Source: Promethearchaeota archaeon (GTDB lineage Archaea; Asgardarchaeota; Lokiarchaeia; Sigyniarchaeales; SOKP01). From it: DNA of 64,000 nucleotides. Below, piece by piece: positions 29,121 through 39,670 of this stretch. The stretch's first letter is position 1, and each line of letters begins with the position of its first letter. Location of the stretch: assembly GCA_048937405.1 (NCBI GenBank), contig JBHLNF010000001.1, positions 912,785-976,784 of the forward strand, given 5' to 3'. The position numbers and the translations under genes were made by a program. The notes beneath the pieces are model-generated. The model searched no databases and had not been told where the DNA came from. It saw only the letters and a program-made list of their open reading frames with translations.

Positions 29121-30044
29121 ATGCCCACTCACTATGAAGAGGATGATTTTTTTGAAAAGGATGCAGAAGAGGAACCCTCTTGTTGCGATAGTCCTAAAAT
29201 CAGTGAAGAAGATGGTTTTTATGTTTGTCTAAATTGTGGGTTTGTATATTCACGTATTCTTGATGATAGCCCTCGGAGGGCTTTTACTCAAGAAGAAATT
29301 CAAAAAAGGAAGAGTAATGAGCGAGTTTATAGCCCAATTGGTCCTAGAACAATTATTAGAGGAACACGAGATGCAAGGGGGACATTATTAAGTCCAAAAT
29401 ATAAGTCAAAATTCAACCGTTTGGCAAAAATTCATCGATCTTTAACAACTAGCTATGAAAGAAATCTTTGGATAGCTCTACCAAATTTACAACGTCTACA
29501 AAAGAGATTAGGGATTCCAGACGCAGTTGCTGAAGATGCACTCAGAATCTATACTCAAACAGTCAAAAAGAAGCTAACAATGGGTCGTAGTATTGATACT
29601 TTATTATCAGCTTCGATTTTTGCTGCTCTAAGAGTTCATGGAATACCTAGAACTGCGGAAGAAATCACAAAAGTTGCTCAGATTCCAAAAAAGAAAGTAA
29701 TTAAAAGTTATAGATTAATTTTAATGGAAGTATTACCCAAGTTAAATCTTAAAGTCCAGCACTTCAGTGCTGATCGTTATGTTGATAAATTTAATGAAGA
29801 ATTAAAACTATCCATGAAATGTCGTAATATTGCCGTTAAAATTATTACAAAGGCAAAAGAGAGTGGATTTAATTCAGCAGGAAAAGATCCGAAAGGAATT
29901 GCAGCAGCAGCAATTTATATTGGTTCGAAAATTTGTAATGAGAACAGAACTCAGAAAGAAATAAGTAAACTTGCGAAAGTTACAGAAGTAACACTTCGAA
30001 TGCGAGTAAAAGATTTGCAACGTTATGCAAATGTAATTGAATAA
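29121..30044 (+). CDS. tfb: Transcription initiation factor IIB (TFB)
   Basis: N-terminal Zn ribbon (CC...CLNCG), B-reader RAFT..E...R, two cyclin repeats (GRSI, PRTAEEI, GKDPKGIAAAAIY, RTQKEI..VTEVTLR). Confidence 0.92.
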   Translation: MPTHYEEDDFFEKDAEEEPSCCDSPKISEEDGFYVCLNCGFVYSRILDDSPRRAFTQEEIQKRKSNERVYSPIGPRTIIRGTRDARGTLLSPKYKSKFNRLAKIHRSLTTSYERNLWIALPNLQRLQKRLGIPDAVAEDALRIYTQTVKKKLTMGRSIDTLLSASIFAALRVHGIPRTAEEITKVAQIPKKKVIKSYRLILMEVLPKLNLKVQHFSADRYVDKFNEELKLSMKCRNIAVKIITKAKESGFNSAGKDPKGIAAAAIYIGSKICNENRTQKEISKLAKVTEVTLRMRVKDLQRYANVIE

Positions 30045-30058
30045 ATAAAATCAAAAAT

Positions 30059-33000
30059 CTAGGCTTCAATTTCAATTAATAATTCTTCTTCCTCAAATAT
30101 AGGGAGAAATTCTAGCATCCCTTTAATCTTTGGTAAATAAGTATCAAAACTATATAATCTTATATCAATTAGAAATAATATAAGCATTATATATAATGTT
30201 TCCTCAAGCATATTCTTGTTCACTCCTAAATTAAATAAAAAATTATCGATATTCTTTTTAATTGATTTTAAAGGTTCTCCTGCTTTTAGAAGGGCTAGTC
30301 CATGTAAAAGAATCATCAATGAACAAGTTTCAAAGTCTTTTCTTTTTGAAAATGAGGTTCCTAATTCCAAATATTCTTTTGCAGCGTCTTTAAATTTATG
30401 AGATTTCAACATCTCTAGGATTGATGAGTAATACCGTTTTTTCATTGGTTTTCTCTTCTTGTATATAATATCCTTATCTCTTTGAGCCTCTACCTTTTTA
30501 GATTGGATTTTACCAAATCTTTGATCAATTTCTATTTGTAGCTTAGATTTTTCTCCAAATTCCTTTCGTGTAATTTTATCTCTAAGTTCTTTTTCTGTAG
30601 AAACTATTTTTTCTTTTAGAATTTCTTCCTTTTCTTTTCTAGATGTATCTAATCCCAAATAATCATTTAATAGATCTAATTCTTCTTCAAATAAGGGAAG
30701 TACTTCAAAAAATTGGAGTGAATCTTTAAATTTTGATACATCCTGAATTTCTTTTAATCCAATTATATATTTCAACAAAGTTACAGCAAAAGTTTCTGAA
30801 AATAATTTACCTAAACCCGAGAGTGGTTTTATTGTTTGCTCTAATAGTTTCTTAGCATCATCAAATCTATCTTCTTTTATTAGGATTAGACAGGCTACAG
30901 CTAAAGAAACTCCCGCTAGGCGATATTTATTTCTTAAATTAAATCGATCAATTGTATTTTTATATATCTCAAAAGCTTTATCATACTGTTGATTCTTTAG
31001 ATAAATCAATCCATCACTAAAATATCTCCTTTTTAGTCCTTTCCTTTCCTTTTTATCATTTTCTTTGTCTAATAACGCTTCTCGAGCCCTAGTTTCAATA
31101 ATAGAACCTTTTTCTTTTAATTCTTCTCCTCTACGTGTTTCTTTAGCTTTTTCTGACCGAATAGCACTTTTCTCAGCTTCTAATTTTTCAATTTTCTTAT
31201 GAATTTCTGTTTTATATTCTTTTTTAACAATTTTATCATTATAAATTTGAGCTAAATGTAAATGATCTAAATTAATATAAATTTCAGCAATTTTTTTGTA
31301 AATTTTATTAAAAGTAATATCAATGCTTTCTTCCTTTTCTAAATATGATGTCCTTAAATCTATTACTTTTTTCACATACATTTCTGTTTTATTAATTGAT
31401 GATAGATTTTCTTCTTTTTCCAAAATATCCAAAACTTCACTCTTAATTAGTTTGATAAAAATTGTACTTATTTCTTTAGATTGATCGTAAAGCATTTGAT
31501 TTCGATATATTTTAATTGAATTTTCAAATATCATCTCATTTTTTTTAAAATCCTCTGATTTCCTTAATTCCTGTAGTTTTTGACAAAATTTCGGAAATAT
31601 TCTGGTTAAATATCTTTTCTTCATATCACCAGAAAGTTCAATAAAAAAAGAAAAAAAATCTTCAAATCTTAGACCCTCTAGCAGTGTGTCTAAAGATTTT
31701 GTGAGAATTTGATCTCTTATATCTTCTTTTCCGATCTTTTTAAGGTATTCTGCGTGATTTTTTAAGAGTTTTGCAGCTTTAAGATAACGATTTTGACTTG
31801 CTAGCTCTTTTGCCTTATTTATTTTTTGAGTATTTTCCATTGAAATTATATCGATTTCAGCTTGAACAAAATCTCTTAAAATTTTAATTCCTTTATTAAT
31901 ATAATGTTCAACTTCTTTCTTTTTCAAGACATTATACTTATCTTCTAACTCATCACGGATTTTTGCAATTTGTTGTTTTAATTTCCTTGAAGTTAATTTC
32001 TCTATCAAAATACTTGCCATACTAAAGTTATGAGCATCAAAAAAATTATTAATTAATTCTTCTAAAGTTGAATCTAAATCTACTCTTTTCACATTATAGG
32101 ATTCCCATAAATTTTCAAGCTCATCATGAATATTTTTGGCAGCATGATTTTTTTTCTCACTAACCTGTTTTTTAAAAATAGTAATTAGGACATCTGTTAA
32201 TTTTTCAGTCAAATTTTTTAATTCTTCAAAAAGATCTTCTCGTTGGTATCGATTGACTGCCATATACAATTGTTCTCTTGCTAACTCAAAATTTTCAATA
32301 CTTACCAAGTATTCTGCTGCAGCAACAATCTTTCCAGATATTTCCCTTAAGATCACTAACACACCCTTATGTGGTAAACTTTGAAGAATTCTAAATGCAT
32401 CTTCTATTCTACAGGCAGAGATCCAAGAATTTATTGCCAACCGAAAAGCTTCATCAATAAATGCCTTATCTAATGATTCTATACTTGACCATTGAGCAGC
32501 TCTTTCATAGTTTTTAGCTGCTAGTTCATATTCTTTTTTATTGAAAAATTGGTTTCCTTCTCTTATTATTGCGTCTGCATATAATTTTTTAAAATTTAAT
32601 GATTTCTTTTTATCTACTCTTTCTATGATATGACTTGCTTCTAAATATAAATTGATTTTAGAATAAAGATATGCTGCTTGCTCACAGATGATATAAAATT
32701 CCTCTTTATTGTAAATATCTGCAATTATGGCAGCTTTTCTAATGGCTTGTGCGGCATAAAAATAGTTTTGATTATTAAAATAGATATTTGCCATTTGAAT
32801 AAATATAGGAAATCTCATCCAAGCATTTTCAATATTTAGTGGTGTGTCACCATTAATCATTGCAGAACATAATGATTGCAGCGCTTGGTGAAAATTATTT
32901 GGAGAAAGATTAACAAAAGCCTCTAAATTCGGAAAATTAACCCAGATATGAGTTAATAAATCATTAACTGGAATTGGAAGAATTCCATTTTGATCATAAA

Positions 33001-33325
33001 ATATGATTACTGTTGGAATATCATGCTTTACCGAAAAAATATCTGGAAGTATCATTTCAAATAATTCAGATTCCTCCTGAATAGTTGGATTCAAAAAATA
33101 AATAATTCCATCAACCTTAGGAATTATATCATCTAAATCAACAGATATATTTGTAATTGCATCAATTTCTAAATCACATATATTATCTAAGACTTTTACT
33201 TCTTTATACCACTTATAATAAGTTTCTTGATCTTCACCCTCCTCATCAAACGCATTTGAAATGTAAAAATTAATTGTATCAGGATCACATCCAAGAATCA
33301 GAGATCGAAAATAGAAAGTTGACAT
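30059..33325 (-). CDS. 1088-aa hypothetical protein: degenerate small-GTPase-like N-terminal domain plus TPR/SNAP-like alpha-solenoid
   Basis: Helical repeats such as YELAAKNYERAA, YFYAAQAIRKAA and FKDAAKEY; duplicated ~130-aa C-terminal module. Confidence 0.55.
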   Translation of the reverse strand: MSTFYFRSLILGCDPDTINFYISNAFDEEGEDQETYYKWYKEVKVLDNICDLEIDAITNISVDLDDIIPKVDGIIYFLNPTIQEESELFEMILPDIFSVKHDIPTVIIFYDQNGILPIPVNDLLTHIWVNFPNLEAFVNLSPNNFHQALQSLCSAMINGDTPLNIENAWMRFPIFIQMANIYFNNQNYFYAAQAIRKAAIIADIYNKEEFYIICEQAAYLYSKINLYLEASHIIERVDKKKSLNFKKLYADAIIREGNQFFNKKEYELAAKNYERAAQWSSIESLDKAFIDEAFRLAINSWISACRIEDAFRILQSLPHKGVLVILREISGKIVAAAEYLVSIENFELAREQLYMAVNRYQREDLFEELKNLTEKLTDVLITIFKKQVSEKKNHAAKNIHDELENLWESYNVKRVDLDSTLEELINNFFDAHNFSMASILIEKLTSRKLKQQIAKIRDELEDKYNVLKKKEVEHYINKGIKILRDFVQAEIDIISMENTQKINKAKELASQNRYLKAAKLLKNHAEYLKKIGKEDIRDQILTKSLDTLLEGLRFEDFFSFFIELSGDMKKRYLTRIFPKFCQKLQELRKSEDFKKNEMIFENSIKIYRNQMLYDQSKEISTIFIKLIKSEVLDILEKEENLSSINKTEMYVKKVIDLRTSYLEKEESIDITFNKIYKKIAEIYINLDHLHLAQIYNDKIVKKEYKTEIHKKIEKLEAEKSAIRSEKAKETRRGEELKEKGSIIETRAREALLDKENDKKERKGLKRRYFSDGLIYLKNQQYDKAFEIYKNTIDRFNLRNKYRLAGVSLAVACLILIKEDRFDDAKKLLEQTIKPLSGLGKLFSETFAVTLLKYIIGLKEIQDVSKFKDSLQFFEVLPLFEEELDLLNDYLGLDTSRKEKEEILKEKIVSTEKELRDKITRKEFGEKSKLQIEIDQRFGKIQSKKVEAQRDKDIIYKKRKPMKKRYYSSILEMLKSHKFKDAAKEYLELGTSFSKRKDFETCSLMILLHGLALLKAGEPLKSIKKNIDNFLFNLGVNKNMLEETLYIMLILFLIDIRLYSFDTYLPKIKGMLEFLPIFEEEELLIEIEA

Positions 33326-33520
33326 TTTTTCAATAAATCAATTATATTCTTCAATTTATATTGTTTGATTAATTCTAGCTTTGTTATAAAGATTTTTTAA
33401 CACATAAAATTAATACTATAATACTTATGAAATTATTTTAAAAGAATAGAAATCTTTTAATAATAATTAATTGAGTTCGGGAATATATATTTTTGTTTCA
33501 AACATTTCGGTGATTATACA

Positions 33521-34183
33521 TTGAATTACATAGATAGGAATTATCATCTTATAAAAGGTAGAATGATTGAACAAATGGAGAAATCTTTAGCATTAGGGAG
33601 AAAACTTATCGATTCTGAATTAGATACAGGTTTTTTTAACTTCATAATCAATCCAATTGTCAAAGGTTTTTATGATTATTGGGCAAGAAATGAAGCAAAA
33701 ACAGGAACTTTAAAGCAAATAAATATTACTTTAGAGGCTGGTAAGCAATTGATCCTTAATGGTAATACTGAACAGAGATTTAAAAAAATAGTTGAGGATT
33801 ATTTTCCTAAATATTTTAAACATGATCAAACTTCTCGTATGGGGAATAGAAACCATAAAAATTTTGAAAGGTTTAGAAAGAATGCTAGAGAAACATTTAT
33901 AAACTATTTAGAAGAATTAATAACACTTTTAGGAGTAGTAGAGAACGTAGATAATTATGGCGATTTGTGTCGAATTGCATTTAGCTCAAGAGAAGTAGCA
34001 AAAGAGAATCTTATAAGGCAATTAGATTTTACAGAAAAAGGAATTAAAATACTCGAAGAAGATCCCTCAATTCTTAAAGTCCCTATAGGAAAAAAAATAA
34101 TTATCAAAGCACTTAGAAAGGGTTTTGAATTGACCAAAAAAGACTTTATGGAAAGTCTCAACGATACTTATAACCAGAAATAA
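33521..34183 (+). CDS. Hypothetical protein, paralogue of the downstream gene
   Basis: Shares LIDSELDTG, PIVKxFYxYW, DQTxR, NHKN, RQLD, SILKVPxGK and LRKGFE with 34241-34900. Confidence 0.8.
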   Translation: MNYIDRNYHLIKGRMIEQMEKSLALGRKLIDSELDTGFFNFIINPIVKGFYDYWARNEAKTGTLKQINITLEAGKQLILNGNTEQRFKKIVEDYFPKYFKHDQTSRMGNRNHKNFERFRKNARETFINYLEELITLLGVVENVDNYGDLCRIAFSSREVAKENLIRQLDFTEKGIKILEEDPSILKVPIGKKIIIKALRKGFELTKKDFMESLNDTYNQK

Positions 34184-34240
34184 TTAAATTTATGAATAAT
34201 TCTATTAATTATACGTTGTTTTTATTTTGGAGAATTAAAC

Positions 34241-34900
34241 ATGGAAGTTATTGAGAGAAATTATAAAATACTAGAGAATAAAATGATTGAACAGATGCAT
34301 AGTTCTTTTAGTGATGGAAAATCATTAATTGATTCAGAATTAGATACAGGAGTTTTTAATGCTGTAGTGAAACCAATTGTAAAATCTTTTTATAAATATT
34401 GGACCGATAAAGATGCTCGTATAGGTATACTCGAACAAATTAAGGTAACTTTAGATTCTGCTAAAGAAATATTAACAAATGGAGATGGATCAAAAGAGCA
34501 ATTCGAAATGGTTATTAATAAGAATTTTCCAATTTATTTAAAAAATGACCAAACAGATAGGCAATGTAAAAAAAATCATAAGAATTATATAAAATTGAGA
34601 GAAATAACTAAAAATAGTTTTATAACACAGGTTAAAGAAAGTATCTTATTTTTAAAGGTTGATGATGATATTAAAGATTATGCTGAATTATCAAGAGCAA
34701 CCTTTAAAACTAAAGTAAGAGCATACGAAGCTTTAAAACGACAATTGGATTATAATGAAGAGGGAATCTCAATTGTGGAGAAAGATGATTCAATATTAAA
34801 GGTTCCAGTTGGAAAAAACATAATTCTAAAAGTTCTTAGAAAAGGATTTGAAGTAACAAAGCAAAAACTAATCAAAGAGCTTGATGAAATTTTTAATTAA
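34241..34900 (+). CDS. Hypothetical protein, paralogue of the upstream gene
   Basis: Full-length similarity to 33521-34183. Confidence 0.8.
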   Translation: MEVIERNYKILENKMIEQMHSSFSDGKSLIDSELDTGVFNAVVKPIVKSFYKYWTDKDARIGILEQIKVTLDSAKEILTNGDGSKEQFEMVINKNFPIYLKNDQTDRQCKKNHKNYIKLREITKNSFITQVKESILFLKVDDDIKDYAELSRATFKTKVRAYEALKRQLDYNEEGISIVEKDDSILKVPVGKNIILKVLRKGFEVTKQKLIKELDEIFN

Positions 34901-34948
34901 AAAGAATCTATATCAAAATTTTAATCAAAAAAAGAGTTATTAATTATA

Positions 34949-36010
34949 TTGAATGAAATTCCTCAAAAGATAGAGGGAAAAAATTATTTACGTCTTATTT
35001 TTTTAAACCTATTTATTATAACTTTTATAGTAATCACCTATGTATATATCTCTGAATCTTTTGGTTCAATATCCAGTATTTTCATAAATGACCAAGAATT
35101 CTCAGTCCAATTTGGAATAACTCTTCTACTATTTACCTTCTTTTCTATATTAACTGGGCCAATACAAGGCGCAATCTCAGGATTTATTGGTGAATTACTA
35201 TTTCAACTAGCTTTTTATAACAGTTTGTATATTGAATGGTGTTTTATTGTAGCTATTCTTGGATTTTTATCTGGCATCTATAAATATCAACCTTTGAAAT
35301 ACTCTAATCCCCTAAGCGTCTACTATACTTTTATATTTTTAATCATTGTAACTTTTGTTATTTTTGGATTAATTATAGCTATTCAATTTTCCGTCTATCC
35401 CAACCAAGAAACAGCAGAAACAATATTAATAAATTACGGGTTTAAATTCTTTGTCCAATCTCTTATTTCAATTATATTTATTGTTCCTATCCTTTTATTA
35501 ATATATGATAGAATACTCTCTAAAGAAAAGAACGATCTATATTATATGATTTTAACCCACCATCCCCTCTCTGCTATTGATCATACTTTCTATCTTACAT
35601 TTGGAAGAACTAAAATATATTTTTGTTCAAGATGTTCTGGTGTAATTCTTGGAGGATTAATTGCATTATTTTCTACTTATATGATTTACAACATCTTTCA
35701 AGTTGAAGTTAGCCCAGAAATTTCTTTATTACTTTGTATCGTATTCCCAATACCAGGTTTAATTGATTGGGGAACTCAAAGACTTTTACTTAGGAAAAGT
35801 ACTACATCATCTCGATTATTTACTGGATTTATTATCGGATCCGCTTTACATTTCATGAGTTATACTTACAAATATTATTATTATACTGTACTCCTTCTGG
35901 TAATTTACTTTACAATATTTGGCGTCTTAGTATTCTTAGGACATAAGAAAGAATTAAAATTGTTAAAAGAAGAGTGGAATAATGTTTCTCCAAAAGTAGA
36001 ATTATATTAA
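34949..36010 (+). CDS. Membrane protein: ECF S-component-like domain fused to DUF2085-like domain
   Basis: LTGPIQGAISGFIGELL (S-component-like); HH...FCSRCSGV...LIDWGTQ...RLFTG (DUF2085-like). Confidence 0.65.
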   Translation: MNEIPQKIEGKNYLRLIFLNLFIITFIVITYVYISESFGSISSIFINDQEFSVQFGITLLLFTFFSILTGPIQGAISGFIGELLFQLAFYNSLYIEWCFIVAILGFLSGIYKYQPLKYSNPLSVYYTFIFLIIVTFVIFGLIIAIQFSVYPNQETAETILINYGFKFFVQSLISIIFIVPILLLIYDRILSKEKNDLYYMILTHHPLSAIDHTFYLTFGRTKIYFCSRCSGVILGGLIALFSTYMIYNIFQVEVSPEISLLLCIVFPIPGLIDWGTQRLLLRKSTTSSRLFTGFIIGSALHFMSYTYKYYYYTVLLLVIYFTIFGVLVFLGHKKELKLLKEEWNNVSPKVELY

Positions 36011-36024
36011 AATTTCTGAAAAAA

Positions 36025-36528
36025 ATGCAAAATAAAATTTTTATTCATGGACTTATCAGCTCAGGAGACGGTTTTAAAGGTCAGTTATTAAGAAAAATAT
36101 TGCCTGGATGCTTAACCCCAACATTTTTGCCATATAATTCAAATAAATCAATCGTATTATTATTTAAAGAACGTATGGAACAATTAATTCCAATCTTAGA
36201 TGAAAAGAATGAGTGGTTAATAATTGGTTCTAGTTTTGGAGGATTAATGGCTACAGTATACACTTTAGATAAGCCATATAAAATTTCTAAATTAATTCTA
36301 CTCGCACCTTATTTGTCAACTCCTTTATTAAATCTAAAATTATATTCACCTGTAGATGTTCCAGTTATAGTCTTCCATGGAAAATATGATAAAGAAGTTT
36401 CAGTTGATCGAGTTAAGAAAGTTGCAGTAAAATTGTTTACAAATCTAAGATATAATATAGTAAATGATGATCACACCCTCAAAAAAACAGTTAAAATGTT
36501 AAATTGGAATGACATAATTAAAAATTAA
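36025..36528 (+). CDS. Small alpha/beta hydrolase (YqiA-like)
   Basis: FIHGL, GSSFGG nucleophile elbow, HGKYD, DDH. Confidence 0.88.
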   Translation: MQNKIFIHGLISSGDGFKGQLLRKILPGCLTPTFLPYNSNKSIVLLFKERMEQLIPILDEKNEWLIIGSSFGGLMATVYTLDKPYKISKLILLAPYLSTPLLNLKLYSPVDVPVIVFHGKYDKEVSVDRVKKVAVKLFTNLRYNIVNDDHTLKKTVKMLNWNDIIKN

Positions 36529-36644
36529 TACTTTAATCAAATATTAGCTATAAACAATTCAAAAATTGGACTCCAATTTTTTTAAAATCAATTATTAACA
36601 TCTCTTTAATAGTAAATAATCATATAAAAAATGGTGGATTAGAT

Positions 36645-37130
36645 TTGGAATGGGAGAATATTTTTGATAATATTGGCTTCTGGTATGATACATTTGTCGA
36701 ATGGTACTTAGAACAGCCAATTTATGGGCAGGTTTTAGCAATAATTGGAATAATCGCTTTAATCGCATTTACAATAACCCTTATATACTATGTAATTAAA
36801 GGGATTGCTTATTTAGTATATTACATCTTCAAAGGAATATATTTGCTTCTTAAATATATTGGTTATGGTTTTTATAAACTAACTGAAGGTTTTTATTACT
36901 TGGTCTCAGGCAAAGCAAAACCTAAGAAACAGGAAAGTCCACAAACGATAATAGAAAACAATTATAATAGTGAAAACCATTATATTTTGGAATATTGTAG
37001 TGAATGTGGGAGGAAGCTATCTAATAGAATGAAATATCACTTTGAGAAAAATGGAATGGCGTTTTGTGAGAATTGTGGGACTCGCCTTACAGTAAATCAT
37101 GCCTTTAGAACATTATCTATTTCCCATTAA
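36645..37130 (+). CDS. Membrane protein with C-terminal Zn ribbon
   Basis: Hydrophobic helices, then CSECG-x-CENCG. Confidence 0.7.
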   Translation: MEWENIFDNIGFWYDTFVEWYLEQPIYGQVLAIIGIIALIAFTITLIYYVIKGIAYLVYYIFKGIYLLLKYIGYGFYKLTEGFYYLVSGKAKPKKQESPQTIIENNYNSENHYILEYCSECGRKLSNRMKYHFEKNGMAFCENCGTRLTVNHAFRTLSISH

Positions 37131-37209
37131 TTAGATTAAACATCTTTTTAATAAAAAATAATTAAAGTAATAGAATAAAGATATAATTATAAAGGTGCAA
37201 TAAAACAAT

Positions 37210-38754
37210 ATGTCAAGAGTTTATGTATGTAGGGAATGTGGATACACATTTCCAGAAGAACTATCCCACTTAATAAAAACTAATATTCAAGTTTATTGTG
37301 AACGGTGTGGTTCACCTTTTATTATGGAAGGGGTTAAATTTAAACCAGCAACAACCCCATATCGAAAAATTAAAAAACCAACTTTTCAATTATCTGAAAA
37401 AAAGACTTCTAAGATAGAAAAGACTATTCGAATTTTAAATGCAATATCTTTTCTACCTTTTTTTATCTTTACCAGTATTATATTGGGATTTATACCAGTA
37501 TTCGTTATAACTGGGGATATAAGATTGCTATTTAAATTCCTTATGTTTAGTTTTTTAGGACTATGTTTCCTAATTTACGATAGAACACGTATAACTCGTA
37601 AAGTAAAGGAGAAAAAATACAATGATATTTTTTTTGATTCGTTTTGTTGGGGTATACTTGGTTGCATTCTATTCGGTCTTGGTGTGATTATCCTTATTAA
37701 AGGTATTTTTATTATAATCTATGTAATTAGTAGTCCTGAGAATGAGCATTTTAAAAAATTTGATTATGGATTACTTGCAAAAAATTCATTGAATCATTTT
37801 TCTGCTAAAGCAGGTTTGATGATTATACTTTTTGGTATGTTTGGAATATATGCCAATAGAGTTTATTTACCTGAATCGGATACTATAAATATAGATTTAC
37901 CTTTTGGTATCCAAGCACCTGTAAGAATCTTCATTCTTCTTGTTTACTTGATTATCTCATTAATAATTTTAATTATTGATATTAGTTTACAAAAGAAAAC
38001 AGATGAAAAGCAAGAATTTAAGGCTCAGGATGCAATTCTTTATTTTATTTTAGGGATTTTAGGATTAGTCTTTTGTGCTGCTAGTATCTTTATATTATTG
38101 AAAGGGATTTTAATATTCTTTTTAATTTTTGGTAAACCAACAGAAGAGATTAAAAGAATATCAACAGAAGAAAAACAAGTATATTATGCTCCAACACCTT
38201 ACAAAAAAGTAGAAGAAATACAAAAAGAGATACCAGGAGATCAAATAGTAGAAATAACGAAAATAGAAGAAAAACCAATTAGAGAACAACCTCAAAAAAT
38301 TGAAGAAATTAATGCTAAAAAGCTTGAAATAATCCCGATAACTACAGATAAAAAAGAAAAGGCAAAGAGGGAAGAGGAATTTAAATTAAAATTACATGAT
38401 TCCCTTTTACCTGTTAAAGATGAAAAAGACAAGAAATTAGTTAAAGAATATTTCTCAAAAATATTTGCCGTTTTATCAAAGGATTTAAGGAAACAAATAA
38501 TCGATTTAAAAATTTCTAAAAAAGAAAGGAAAGAAATTTTGGAAGAACTTGCTTTCTTAACAAAAGAAGAACAAGTAAAATATATCGAAGCTATAGTTAA
38601 TCTATATAAAGAAATTCCTAAAAGATTAATTGCCAGAATTCGCAAACTTCCCAATGTTCAACCAAAACATTATGATAAAATTTTGGATCAATTAAAATAT
38701 ATGGATTATGAAGAACAAATCAAATTTGTCCAATTCTTAGAGGAAAACGCCTAA
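37210..38754 (+). CDS. Polytopic membrane protein with N-terminal Zn ribbon and duplicated C-terminal helical module
   Basis: CRECG...CERCG; internally repeated TM block; two ~42-aa repeats ending EEQVKYIEAI / EEQIKFVQFL. Confidence 0.7.
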   Translation: MSRVYVCRECGYTFPEELSHLIKTNIQVYCERCGSPFIMEGVKFKPATTPYRKIKKPTFQLSEKKTSKIEKTIRILNAISFLPFFIFTSIILGFIPVFVITGDIRLLFKFLMFSFLGLCFLIYDRTRITRKVKEKKYNDIFFDSFCWGILGCILFGLGVIILIKGIFIIIYVISSPENEHFKKFDYGLLAKNSLNHFSAKAGLMIILFGMFGIYANRVYLPESDTINIDLPFGIQAPVRIFILLVYLIISLIILIIDISLQKKTDEKQEFKAQDAILYFILGILGLVFCAASIFILLKGILIFFLIFGKPTEEIKRISTEEKQVYYAPTPYKKVEEIQKEIPGDQIVEITKIEEKPIREQPQKIEEINAKKLEIIPITTDKKEKAKREEEFKLKLHDSLLPVKDEKDKKLVKEYFSKIFAVLSKDLRKQIIDLKISKKERKEILEELAFLTKEEQVKYIEAIVNLYKEIPKRLIARIRKLPNVQPKHYDKILDQLKYMDYEEQIKFVQFLEENA

Positions 38755-38756
38755 AA

Positions 38757-39650
38757 ATGTCGATGGAAAAAAGAAGAGAACCCAGAGAAGATAAGAAAAA
38801 AGAAACTCTCCGAGATAGCTCATTTAGGCGAACCGATTTTACACCATTGCAGCAAACTGTTGAAGTAGAAGAAAAGGTATCGAAAAAAGAAGAAATTGTT
38901 GAAGAATTAACTGAAATTGAAAAAGAAGTTTTAGATATTGCAACTGAAATTTTGAAGTTAAAAAGATATGATACTGAATTTGAAATTGAATCAGAAAGTC
39001 AAATACAAAAATATCCAATAATCGAGAAATTATATGCTAAATGTATTGCCAAACTTTCCTATAAGAAAGGATATAGTAAAGAGGAAATCTTTTTAAATAT
39101 TCGAAGTCTTGAAGAGAAAAATTGGATAGTAACAAATGAAAGACGTACTAAGCTGGAAATCCTTACTAATGAAAAACTTGTTTCTATTCTTGAGTTTATA
39201 AAAAATAATCCAGGAATTCATGCGAGAGATGAAAAAATTGAGGCAGAATTAGGGATAACTAGAACACCTTTCTTAAAACATGTAATGACCCTAGAACGCT
39301 TTGAATTGATTAGATCTAAAAAAATTGGTAAAACTCTTCATTATTTTTTAAGTGAAATATCTGAGGATTATGACAAATTTAAAGTTATTTTTCTAAATCC
39401 ATTGATTCCTAAAGTGCTGGAAGAAATTTTTAAAAATGAAGAGATCACGGTCTCAAAAATAGGAGAAAATCTTGACATTTATTCAGGGACTATTTTATAT
39501 CATATTAAAAAACTAAAGGATTTGAATCTTTTAAGAAGTACTAAAAATAATTCTGGTAAAAAAATATTTTTAATTAATATTGAACTCTTAAAGAAATATA
39601 ATGATTTTTTTGATGAGCCAGACTTTTCTCAACTTTTGAAAGGTCTTTAG
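38757..39650 (+). CDS. Protein with tandem winged-helix domains (putative transcription regulator)
   Basis: ILEFIKNNPGIH...KHVMTLERFELI.S..IGK and ITVSKIGENL...TILYHIKKLKDLNLL. Confidence 0.75.
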   Translation: MSMEKRREPREDKKKETLRDSSFRRTDFTPLQQTVEVEEKVSKKEEIVEELTEIEKEVLDIATEILKLKRYDTEFEIESESQIQKYPIIEKLYAKCIAKLSYKKGYSKEEIFLNIRSLEEKNWIVTNERRTKLEILTNEKLVSILEFIKNNPGIHARDEKIEAELGITRTPFLKHVMTLERFELIRSKKIGKTLHYFLSEISEDYDKFKVIFLNPLIPKVLEEIFKNEEITVSKIGENLDIYSGTILYHIKKLKDLNLLRSTKNNSGKKIFLINIELLKKYNDFFDEPDFSQLLKGL

Positions 39651-39670
39651 AATTCCAATTGTTATACTTT

